This document shows, in pieces, positions 55,053 to 62,808 of a stretch of DNA of 64,000 nt. Source of the stretch: Candidatus Omnitrophota bacterium. GTDB lineage: Bacteria; Omnitrophota; Gorgyraeia; Gygaellales; Profunditerraquicolaceae. A program made the position numbers and the translations under genes. The DNA lies in contig JAPLLZ010000029.1 in NCBI GenBank assembly GCA_026387265.1, positions 1,064 to 65,063 on the forward strand, in the 5' to 3' direction. Position 1 is the stretch's first letter, and each line of letters begins with the position of its first letter. The notes beneath the pieces are model-generated. The model made no database searches, was not told the origin of the DNA, and saw only the letters and a program-made list of their open reading frames with translations.

Positions 55053-57116
55053 CTATATTTGAGTGTTTTGAGTTTGTTTTCTATTTGTATTTTTAAGTGA
55101 TTCTAAAAAATTAGGATTAGCTGGATATCCAAGTTGGATAGCTTTATCATAATATTGGATTGCTAGGTTATAGTTTTTTATATTATAGTATGCCCAAGAG
55201 AGAAGATTATACGTTGAGCCTGAATCAGGATTAATCGTCAGTGCTTTTTGGAAAGATTTTATGGCTTGATCAAAATTACCCATATTTTCATATGTGTAGC
55301 CGAGATTAAAGTGCACAGCATGTGAATTTGGATTTATTTTTAGTGCTATTTTACACAAATCCATCGCCATTTGATACTTACCAATACCGTTGCAAAACTC
55401 CGCAGCATAAATATATACCTCAGCGACACCTGGGTTAATCGCGATTGCTTTATTATATACAATAATCGCCTCATCATTGTTTTTAATTGCTTGGTAGGTA
55501 TAAGCAAGCGCTCTGTATGATTCTATATACTTTGGGTTTAGACGCAGGGCCTGGTTAAAATCAGCTATGGCTTGAGCGTATTCTTTTTTATCACCGAAAG
55601 ACATTCCTCTGAAATAGTAAGCCTGGAAATCTAGAGGGTCTAGTTGGATTGCCTGATTTAGATAAAAAATAGCTTTATCAGGATCATTTTTTTCATAATA
55701 GACACCGCCGAGGTTATAGTAAGCTTCACTATAATTAGGCGCTAATTCAGTTGCTTTAATTAAGCTCTCTATGGCCTGGTTGTACATTTTCTTTTTGGCA
55801 TAAGCATTACCTAATTGGACATAAGTTCTTGGTTTTTTAGCGGATTTAAGAGTCAGATCTTTACTTAAAGTAATATCATCCTGCCAGGCAAAATTTCTGC
55901 TGTATGTTAAAATTGCATAGCCTGAAATAATTAAAATAAGAATTACTACCCCAAGATTTTTATTTTTAAATAAATAATACATAATAGTAACTAAAAATAT
56001 GCTGTAGCCTAGCATTGGTAAATAAAGCCGGTGTTCAAAGATTACATCTGCAAGAGGGACAACGCTTGATTCCGGCAGGAGAGTCAAGAAAAAATAGAAA
56101 ATGGCAAACGCAATTAATCTGTGCTTATGAAATATGCGGATAGCGGCAGTTAAAATAACCAACAAAAACAGAAAGCTGGCCAAGACGGGTGGCTCAAAAA
56201 ACGTATGCGTAACGGGATAATCATAGTCTAAGTTCTGATTTAAGGGTATAAATAGTAGGCGTAAATATGTAATCATAACCCTAGGCTGTGTCAGGAGGTA
56301 ATTCCAGCGAGGGATATCCGGCGCGGATTTTAACAGCTGTATCATTTTTCTGGAGTTTTCCGAGCTAGTATAAAATAATACTAACGGAACAATTAAGGAG
56401 ATGATAAAGAAAGGCAGGATCCTTTTCCAGTTTAATCCAGAAGATATTCTCAAGAAACAAAACTCATAAAGCAAAATCATGAAGGGGAGGGTGATGATTA
56501 TTTCTTTTGTAAACATCCCTACCGAAGCGGTTATCAGAGAGGCAAAGTAATAAAAATTAATCTTTTGCCCGTAATCGGGTTTTTCTATTTTCAGAATCCT
56601 GGATTTAATATAAAGGCAGAGAGTGAGTAGATAAAATAATGTGGCTAAGCCGCTGGATCTCTGGACAATATAATTTACAGCTTCAGTTTGTATGGGGTGT
56701 GCTACAAATACAGCCGCAATAAAAAAAGCAATTAGATTTGCGTGCTTAGAAATTTTGTTCTTTTTCATTGCTGGCGTAGCAAGGGTTAAAAAGGCAAACC
56801 ACCAAACCAGGATAGTTACAGATAAATGGCTAATTAGGTTAAATAGATGATAGCCGAAGACGTGCAGTTGATGTAAATGATAATTAAAGGCAAAAGAGAG
56901 GTAGGTTATGAAACGCGTAGGAGCAAAATCCCAGATCAACCCTAAATTAGACAGGTTTTTTATATTTAAATTTACAACAATGGATGACTCGTCATCGAAA
57001 TGAAATGAACCATTGAGGCTATTTGAGTAAGCAACAATCCCTAAACAACAAAGAAGAACTATGGCTAAAAGTTCATAAAGTGGATATATTTTTTTTGTGA
57101 CATTTACATTTTGCAT
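55053..57116 (-). CDS. Polytopic GT-C-like membrane protein with C-terminal TPR array (TMTC-like architecture)
   Basis: About 400-aa multi-TM N-domain with first-loop acidic motif GSFHFDDESSIV, followed by about 7 TPR repeats (YAKKKMYNQAIESLIKATELAPNY...); 687 aa. Confidence 0.7.
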   Translation of the reverse strand: MQNVNVTKKIYPLYELLAIVLLCCLGIVAYSNSLNGSFHFDDESSIVVNLNIKNLSNLGLIWDFAPTRFITYLSFAFNYHLHQLHVFGYHLFNLISHLSVTILVWWFAFLTLATPAMKKNKISKHANLIAFFIAAVFVAHPIQTEAVNYIVQRSSGLATLFYLLTLCLYIKSRILKIEKPDYGQKINFYYFASLITASVGMFTKEIIITLPFMILLYEFCFLRISSGLNWKRILPFFIISLIVPLVLFYTSSENSRKMIQLLKSAPDIPRWNYLLTQPRVMITYLRLLFIPLNQNLDYDYPVTHTFFEPPVLASFLFLLVILTAAIRIFHKHRLIAFAIFYFFLTLLPESSVVPLADVIFEHRLYLPMLGYSIFLVTIMYYLFKNKNLGVVILILIISGYAILTYSRNFAWQDDITLSKDLTLKSAKKPRTYVQLGNAYAKKKMYNQAIESLIKATELAPNYSEAYYNLGGVYYEKNDPDKAIFYLNQAIQLDPLDFQAYYFRGMSFGDKKEYAQAIADFNQALRLNPKYIESYRALAYTYQAIKNNDEAIIVYNKAIAINPGVAEVYIYAAEFCNGIGKYQMAMDLCKIALKINPNSHAVHFNLGYTYENMGNFDQAIKSFQKALTINPDSGSTYNLLSWAYYNIKNYNLAIQYYDKAIQLGYPANPNFLESLKNTNRKQTQNTQI

Positions 57117-57164
57117 TTAAACTTTTTACCTGTTTTTCTGGATATAATTTCCTTTTAGTGTTTT

Positions 57165-57193
57165 ATTATACCACAGGTAATTTTGTTAGTTAA
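57165..57193 (-). promoter_or_regulatory. Putative promoter of the 57.1-48.1 kb operon
   Basis: Minus strand TTAACT (57193-57188), 17 nt, TATAAT (57170-57165) with TG at the extended -10 position (TGGTATAAT). Confidence 0.5.
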
Positions 57194-57492
57194 ACTATTT
57201 GAATTATTAAAGCACTGAACTTGTTTTATACCCTGTGTCTAAAAACTGCGATAGGGCGTCTACTTATTAACTTATCCAAACAGATTTTTTAGTGAATTGA
57301 TTATAGGAAACTCAAAAAATTCGGTGAGACTTAGTGAAAGTTTATTAAATACTACGTATTGCTGGAGGGGATGGAGTTTCCCGTTTTTCCAGATTAAACC
57401 TTTTGGGAACGGAATCCCGCTTGAGTATTTATCTAATGAGCGGGAGAACCACCAATAATAAATGCGGGAGAAGTATCTCTCCATGAGTTTTA

Positions 57493-57573
57493 TGCGGGAG
57501 GAGGGAGTTGAACCCTCAAGGGTTACCCCACACGCTTCTGAGACGTGCGCGTATGCCATTCCGCCACTCCCGC
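57493..57573 (-). tRNA. tRNA-Leu (anticodon CAG)
   Basis: Hand-folded: acceptor GCGGGAG/CTCCCGC, D arm GCG-GAATGGCATA-CGC, anticodon arm CACGT-CTCAGAA-GCGTG, 13-nt variable arm, T arm GAGGG-TTCAACT-CCCTC, discriminator A; CCA not encoded. Confidence 0.9.
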
Positions 57574-57850
57574 AAAATTGATAACTTTTAATCTTTTATC
57601 TAGCGAAATCCCTGATCAAACGTTAGAAAGATCAAGGATGATCCCCGCAAGAATTGTGTGGGGTTCTTGAATTGATTAAGTATATCTTAGCCTGCTAATC
57701 CTGTCAATTGGATATCACCTTTTAGCTTTAAATAAATTGCGGTTGAGTTTTTTTGCTGTTATAATATATGACTTAGTATATTTTGAAATAATGATTCTAC
57801 CTGTTAGGTATAGGTTAATTTGTTTATAAGTTGCAGGAGGATATGGATTA

Positions 57851-58807
57851 ATGTTTTTAGAACAGTTTAAAATTACCGGCCTGGCGATGGTTCAGATATT
57901 TCTTTTGGGTGGTTTAGGCTATATTTTGGTTAAGAAAAATATACTTTCCCATGAAGGCTTGGATGCTTTAAGCCGCTTAGTGATCCAGATTATTTTTCCG
58001 GCTTTAATTATTGTTCAGATGCTCAAGAATTTTCGTTTTGATCTTTATCCAAATTGGTGGGTTTTTCCGTTAGTCAGCCTGATGATTACGGTTACGGGTT
58101 TAATTGTCGGCTGGCTGTTGCTTAAGTTTTCAGGGTTAAAAACGCATAAGTTACAGTTTTTAAGTTTAGTGGCTTTTCAAAATTCAGGTTATCTTCCTTT
58201 AGCGATGGCTGCGGCGATATTTTCCGGCCAACAAGCTAATGATATATTTATTTTTATCTTTCTGTTTTTATTAGGGTTTGATTTAGTAGCCTGGTCATTA
58301 GGTATTTATATGCTTACTTATGAAAAGCAGGTTAAATTTAAACTACAAAGCCTTTTCAGCGCCCCGGTAATCGCAAATTTAACCAGCCTGGCGTTAATTG
58401 CGCTGGGTTTAAATAAATTTATTCCGGATGTTTTGTTTAAGCCTTTATCTATGGTGGGTAATTGCACTTTGCCTTTAGCCATGTTAGTTGTGGGGGGTAA
58501 TGTGGCTTTAGTACAACTAAAGAATATCGATTGGAAAACAACCTTGATATTTTTGTTGGGAAAGTTGATTATTCTTCCGGTATTGGGTATAGTGGTTGTT
58601 TTAAAACTTGCACTGCCGAATTTATTGGGTTTTCTGATTGTGATGCAACTGGCGATGCCTTCGGCAACTTCTTTATCCGTGATCATCCGCCGTTTTAACC
58701 GGCAGGATGCTTTAATCAGTCAAGGTGTATTTTTTAGCCATGTTATCGGCTTGTTTACTATGCCTGTATTTTTAAGTTTATATTTATACTGGGTTATGCT
58801 AAAATGA
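57851..58807 (+). CDS. AEC (auxin efflux carrier) family transporter
   Basis: 318 aa, about 10 TM helices in two inverted halves, typical AEC N-terminus. Confidence 0.8.
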   Translation: MFLEQFKITGLAMVQIFLLGGLGYILVKKNILSHEGLDALSRLVIQIIFPALIIVQMLKNFRFDLYPNWWVFPLVSLMITVTGLIVGWLLLKFSGLKTHKLQFLSLVAFQNSGYLPLAMAAAIFSGQQANDIFIFIFLFLLGFDLVAWSLGIYMLTYEKQVKFKLQSLFSAPVIANLTSLALIALGLNKFIPDVLFKPLSMVGNCTLPLAMLVVGGNVALVQLKNIDWKTTLIFLLGKLIILPVLGIVVVLKLALPNLLGFLIVMQLAMPSATSLSVIIRRFNRQDALISQGVFFSHVIGLFTMPVFLSLYLYWVMLK

Positions 58808-59259
58808 ACAACACAACTGCTACTAACCGTAAAGCGTACAGAGATTATGAGGTTTTGGAGTCTTTAGAGTGCGGGATTGAATTAAAAGGCTCGGAGGTTA
58901 AATCTTTACGCGATGCCAGGGTTAACCTGAATGATAGTTTTGCCCGTTTTGAAGAGCAGGAAATATTTTTATATAACGCCCATATCAGTCATTACGCGCA
59001 GGCCAGTTATTTAAACGTTAATGCGGACCGGCCGCGCAAGCTGCTTCTGCATAAGAAGCAAATCCAAAGAATAAATGGCAAGCTTACCCAAAAAGGCCTA
59101 ACCTTAATTCCGTTGAAGATTTATTTTAATGACCGGGGTTTTGCCAAAGTAGAGCTGGCGCTTTGTAAAGGCAAGAAGCTTTATGATAAGCGGGAAGATG
59201 TTAAGCGCAGGGAAACTGATAAAATATTGCGCCGAGTAATCAAGAATAGAAGAGGATAA
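58804..59259 (+). CDS. smpB: SsrA-binding protein
   Basis: NRKAYRDYEV, GSEVKSLR, LLLHK motifs; tmRNA immediately downstream. Confidence 0.95.
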   Translation: MNNTTATNRKAYRDYEVLESLECGIELKGSEVKSLRDARVNLNDSFARFEEQEIFLYNAHISHYAQASYLNVNADRPRKLLLHKKQIQRINGKLTQKGLTLIPLKIYFNDRGFAKVELALCKGKKLYDKREDVKRRETDKILRRVIKNRRG

Positions 59260-59289
59260 TCGTTTTTAGAATTGTTCTTTTGAAAACTT

Positions 59290-59710
59290 GGGGGTGAAAG
59301 GGTTCGACTTAAGATATGTCGCTTAAGAGCAGCATGCCGCGGATGTAAGGTTAGCCGCGTTAACAATCCTTGCACAATTCAAACGCAAACACAAAAACAC
59401 CAGTGTTCACAAACCGATTGGCAGCGTTACCGGGTTTTCAGCCGGTAGCATTTCCAGCTGGTTGCGTACCAGTCTTAGCGTTTAATTAAACGCTAAGCCT
59501 CTAGCTGTCCTGCCTACGGGATAGATTAGAGCTCAAGTAGGATAGTCCCGGCGGTTAGCCTTCCAAACCGGGGCAAAATCGAAAAGGCTGCATCTTGCAA
59601 ATCCTGCCGGGTAGGAGTTGCAAGGTTAAGAATAAATTACCAGGCTAAGCATGTAGCGGTTTTTAGGTGATTACTTAAGGACGGCGGTCCGATTCCGCCC
59701 ACCTCCACCA
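59290..59710 (+). ncRNA. ssrA: tmRNA (SsrA)
   Basis: 5' GGGGGTGAAAGGGTTCGAC; 3' tRNA-like end GGACGGCGGTCCGATTCCGCCCACCTCCACCA. The acceptor pairs GGGGGTG/CACCTCC with the G3-U pair. Tag ORF 59385-59489 has its stop in the loop of the CTTAGCGTTT/AAACGCTAAG hairpin. Confidence 0.9.
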
Positions 59711-59732
59711 TTTTTGCTGTGCAAAAATGGTG
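59706..59732 (+). terminator. Hairpin overlapping the tmRNA 3' end
   Basis: CACCATTTTTGC-TGT-GCAAAAATGGTG, 12-bp stem that includes the terminal CACCA. Confidence 0.5.
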
Positions 59733-59733
59733 A

Positions 59734-59765
59734 GACCTCGCCAAAATATTAGATTTTGGCGGGTC
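59734..59765. repeat. CGCCAAAAT hairpin downstream of the tmRNA
   Basis: GACC-T-CGCCAAAAT-ATTAG-ATTTTGGCG-G-GTC; stem sequence resembles the GCCAAATTTGGC core of 45440-45513. Confidence 0.45.
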
Positions 59766-59806
59766 CACCACTTTATTTATAATTATCATCTTAGTGTTAC
59801 AAATAT

Positions 59807-60901
59807 ATGAAAATTAAAAAACATTTAAAAATATTTATCAGCTGTATTTTTTTGGTTGCTTTAATCAGCGGTTGCGCCACTATTCCTGTGGGCGAAAATA
59901 TTGCTACTTATTTTATCGGCGGAGTAACTTATTATCCTTTGGTTACTTTGTGCGATTTACGCGGGGTCACTATGCAGTATGATCCGCTTATCCGTACCGT
60001 CTATTTAAGCAAAGATCTGCAACATTCAAGCTTAAGAGTTGGTGACGCTCTAGTGTTGGTAAATGATAATACTTTACGTTTAAATAATCCGATTGATATC
60101 TATCAAGGTACAATTGCGGTGCCCCTCCAATATAAAGAGCAAGTTTTTGATGTTTTATTCAGGCAGGCTGTTTTGGTGCACCGCCGTCCGGGTGTCGGTA
60201 AAATAAGATTAACCAAAGTAGTGATTGATGCCGGTCATGGTGGCAATGACCCCGGAGCGATTGGTAAGAATGGTTTAAAGGAGAAGGACGTAAACCTGGA
60301 TATTGCTAAAAGATTAAGTAATCTTTTAAAAGCCGAAGGTGTACAGACAGTGCTTACCCGTTCGACAGATAAATTTATTCCGCTTTCTATGCGGGTGAGT
60401 ATTGCTAATCGTTCAAAAGCAGATTTATTTATCAGTATTCATTCTAATGCTGCCCGTTCGCGTTCTTTATGCGGGTTTGAAGTTTATTATGTTGCTCCCA
60501 GTGTAAGTGACTCCAAACGCGCGGTGCTTACCTCAAGAACTACCGCATTGAATCTCAAGGGTGCTGATTTTGCTAGTAATTCTCAGGAGCTCAAGACGAT
60601 TATTTGGGACATGATTTATACGAATAGCCGCGCAGAGTCGATTGAGTTGTCGCGTTCTTTATGTAAGGTGATGGATTCTAGTATTGATGCTGATATTTTG
60701 GGAGTAAAGAATGCGCGTTTTCAGGTTTTAAAAGGGATTACCATGCCGGGGGTATTAATTGAGGTGGGATTTGTGTCTAATTTTAATGAAGAAAGGCTGT
60801 TAAAGACCTCTAGTTATCGTGAGAAGTTAGCCGACGGCATATTAGAGGGGGTCAGGGATTATTCCCGGGATATGGCATTAGTGGAGGTAACAACAAAATG
60901 A
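59807..60901 (+). CDS. N-acetylmuramoyl-L-alanine amidase (Amidase_3) lipoprotein
   Basis: Lipobox LISGCAT, N-terminal stalk domain, catalytic domain VVIDAGHGGNDPGA ... FISIHSNA ... VLIEVGF. Confidence 0.85.
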   Translation: MKIKKHLKIFISCIFLVALISGCATIPVGENIATYFIGGVTYYPLVTLCDLRGVTMQYDPLIRTVYLSKDLQHSSLRVGDALVLVNDNTLRLNNPIDIYQGTIAVPLQYKEQVFDVLFRQAVLVHRRPGVGKIRLTKVVIDAGHGGNDPGAIGKNGLKEKDVNLDIAKRLSNLLKAEGVQTVLTRSTDKFIPLSMRVSIANRSKADLFISIHSNAARSRSLCGFEVYYVAPSVSDSKRAVLTSRTTALNLKGADFASNSQELKTIIWDMIYTNSRAESIELSRSLCKVMDSSIDADILGVKNARFQVLKGITMPGVLIEVGFVSNFNEERLLKTSSYREKLADGILEGVRDYSRDMALVEVTTK

Positions 60902-61689
60902 GTTCAATTGGCGTTTTTGATTCTGGAGTAGGCGGGCTTACAGTAGCCAGAGAAATAATCCGTCAACTACCCAATGAAAATATAGTTTACTTTGGTGATA
61001 CTGCTCGCGTTCCTTATGGGATTAAGTCGCCTCAAACCGTAATCCGTTTTTCTATTGAAAATATTTTATTTTTATTAAAGCACGATGTTAAATTAATTTG
61101 CGTTGCTTGTAACACTGCATCTAGTTTTGCGCTTCCGGTAATCCGGAATAATTTCCGTGTTCCGATTATCGGCGTAATTACCCCTGGAGCCAGAGAAGCA
61201 GTTTATGCTTCACAAAATAAGCGTATTGGAGTAATCGGGACCAAGGGAACGATTAAGAGCCGTACATATGAAACAGAAATTAAACAGCTTGATCCTAAAG
61301 TTAAAGTAACGGCTGTGGCTTGTCCTTTATTTGTTCCTTTTGTGGAGGAAGGCTGGCTTTCCGGAGAAGTAGTATTAAACGTGGCCAGGCAATATTTAAA
61401 ACCGCTGCGCCAGGCTGGTGTGGATACAGTAATCTTAGGCTGTACACATTATCCTTTGCTTAGGCCGGTAATTCAGGAAGTTTTGGGCAAAAATGTTATT
61501 TTGATTGATTCTGCTAAGCAGGTAGCTTTTGAAATAAAAAAGATTCTGACTAGTGAAGATTTATTTAATCGCGGCAAGGGCGGCAAACATAAATTTTACG
61601 TCAGTGATAATCCTGAATGGTTTAGTTCTCTAGCTCATCGGTTTATGGGGACTAAATTGATGAACGTAAAGAAGGTGGAAAATGTATAG
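60898..61689 (+). CDS. murI: Glutamate racemase
   Basis: IGVFDSGVGGLTV, catalytic Cys motifs VACNTAS and LGCTHYP. Confidence 0.92.
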   Translation: MSSIGVFDSGVGGLTVAREIIRQLPNENIVYFGDTARVPYGIKSPQTVIRFSIENILFLLKHDVKLICVACNTASSFALPVIRNNFRVPIIGVITPGAREAVYASQNKRIGVIGTKGTIKSRTYETEIKQLDPKVKVTAVACPLFVPFVEEGWLSGEVVLNVARQYLKPLRQAGVDTVILGCTHYPLLRPVIQEVLGKNVILIDSAKQVAFEIKKILTSEDLFNRGKGGKHKFYVSDNPEWFSSLAHRFMGTKLMNVKKVENV

Positions 61690-62128
61690 CTTAAAAGTAC
61701 AGGGGACTTTTAGTTCTGCGCATAATTTAAGAGGCTATAAAGGTAAATGTGAAGATTTGCATGGGCATAATTGGGTAGTGGAGATAGTGGTTAAATCTAA
61801 GAGGCTAGATAATATCGGCATGGTTTTGGATTTTAAATTCCTGAAGAAAAAATTAAATGTTTGTTTAGAGCAGATGGATCATAAGTATCTTAATCAACTG
61901 TCTTATTTTAAAAAAGTAAACCCCGTTAGAGGCAGGGCGCCGAAGGTAACCGACGGCTGCCTGCGGCAGCCTGCCTCTAACGGGGTAAATCCAACCTCTG
62001 AAAATATTGCTAAATATGTTTATGATCAACTTAAATCTTCGATTCCTTTATTAAATTGTGTAACGGTCTGGGAAAATAGTACAAGCAGCGCTACCTATGA
62101 ACCTAGCCCTTCCTCGGGTAGGGATTAA
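61682..62128 (+). CDS. queD: 6-carboxy-5,6,7,8-tetrahydropterin synthase QueD, carrying a 23-codon repeat-derived insertion
   Basis: FSSAHNLRGYKGKCEDLHGHNW, MDHKYLN, NPTSENIAKY motifs; 148 aa versus the roughly 120 aa I recall as typical. Confidence 0.85.
   Translation: MYSLKVQGTFSSAHNLRGYKGKCEDLHGHNWVVEIVVKSKRLDNIGMVLDFKFLKKKLNVCLEQMDHKYLNQLSYFKKVNPVRGRAPKVTDGCLRQPASNGVNPTSENIAKYVYDQLKSSIPLLNCVTVWENSTSSATYEPSPSSGRD
61921..61984. repeat. 64-bp palindromic element (CCCCGTTAGAG...CTCTAACGGGG), copy inside queD
   Basis: Termini CCCCGTTAGAGGCAGG / CCTGCCTCTAACGGGG; the internal part (GGTAACCGACGGCTGCCTGCGGCAGCC) matches the reverse complement of the internal part of 46890-46954; flanked by GTAAAYCC 69 bp apart. 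Confidence 0.8.
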
Positions 62129-62149
62129 AGAATGAAAGGAAGGGCTGGG
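62102..62149 (+). repeat. Hairpin spanning the queD stop and the queC start
   Basis: CCTAGCCCTTCC (62102-62113) pairs with GGAAGGGCTGGG (62138-62149), including one T-G wobble on the + strand; the 24-nt loop contains the queD TAA; encodes the queD tail EPSPSSGRD. Confidence 0.5.
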
Positions 62150-62808
62150 TGAAGAGTAAAATTTCTAAGACTGCGGTAGTGCTTTTATCCGGCGGATTAG
62201 ATTCGGCTACAGCTTTGTATTTAGCTAAAGCTAAAGGATATAAATGCCACGCTTTAATTTTTGACTATGGGCAAAGGCATAAACAGGAAGTTATTTGTGC
62301 AGTAAAGATCGCCCGGGCCAGCGGCTGTGCTTACCGGATTTTAAAAATAGGATTTCCCTGGAAAGGTTCTGCGCTTTTAGATAAAAAAATTAATGTTCCG
62401 GGGGGAATTACCCAGGGCGTTCCGGTTACTTATGTGCCGGCGCGTAATATTATTTTTTTAAGTTTTGCTCTATCTATGGCAGAAGTAATTAAGGCACAGG
62501 CGATATTTATCGGGGCACACGCACAGGATTATTCCGGGTATCCGGATTGCCGGCCAGCTTTCTTTAAGGCTTTTATACAAATGGCTAAAGCTGGGATTGC
62601 CGCTAAAAATAGAATTAAAATTTTAGTTCCCCTTTTAAATATGAATAAATCACAGATTATTCGTTTAGGTAATAAACTTGGTGTACCATTTAGCCTTACC
62701 CGTTCATGCTATCGGGCAGGCAAAAAACCGTGTCAAAAATGCGATAGTTGTTATTATCGTGCTAAAGGTTTTAAGGAGGCGGGGCTGATAGATCCGTTAG
62801 TTAATTGA
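62149..62808 (+). CDS. queC: 7-cyano-7-deazaguanine synthase
   Basis: PP-loop AVVLLSGGLDS, C-terminal zinc Cys cluster CYRAGKKPCQKCDSC. Confidence 0.92.
   Translation: MKSKISKTAVVLLSGGLDSATALYLAKAKGYKCHALIFDYGQRHKQEVICAVKIARASGCAYRILKIGFPWKGSALLDKKINVPGGITQGVPVTYVPARNIIFLSFALSMAEVIKAQAIFIGAHAQDYSGYPDCRPAFFKAFIQMAKAGIAAKNRIKILVPLLNMNKSQIIRLGNKLGVPFSLTRSCYRAGKKPCQKCDSCYYRAKGFKEAGLIDPLVN

Noticed and set aside
55053-55095. Heptamer-like sequence (AAACAAACTCAAAACACTCAAAT on the minus strand) at the 3' end of the TPR gene, resembling a left arm of the 17089/28979 elements
   Set aside because: Only about three heptamers are present, and no complementary right arm follows (the next gene starts 2 nt later). 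It could be a remnant encoding the ...KQTQNTQI tail, but the match is too short and low-complexity to claim.
57272-57559. 95-aa minus-strand ORF downstream of and overlapping tRNA-Leu
   Set aside because: Its first 22 codons are the tRNA itself. The remaining 70-codon part (MERYFSRIYYWWF...) has no SD and no family resemblance. The roughly 220-bp region 57272-57490 stays unexplained: it contains small stems (CCCGCT/AGCGGG) and the acceptor-end repeats, but I cannot support a gene or a known ncRNA there.
59385-59429. Short canonical tmRNA tag ANTKTPVFTNRLAA
   Set aside because: The codon after RLAA is TTA (Leu), not a stop. The first in-frame stop is TAA at 59487, which also sits in the expected hairpin loop. 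The long tag is therefore reported instead, and a TTA/TAA base-call error remains the alternative.
61600-61690. preQ1 riboswitch upstream of the queDCEF block; T-box, TPP or SAM leaders upstream of cysE/cysS, thiL and metG
   Set aside because: These genes overlap or abut the preceding genes, or the spacer is filled by the heptamer element. There is no room for these leaders, and I saw no conserved core such as the preQ1 ...CCCTC-TATAAAAAACTAA... segment.
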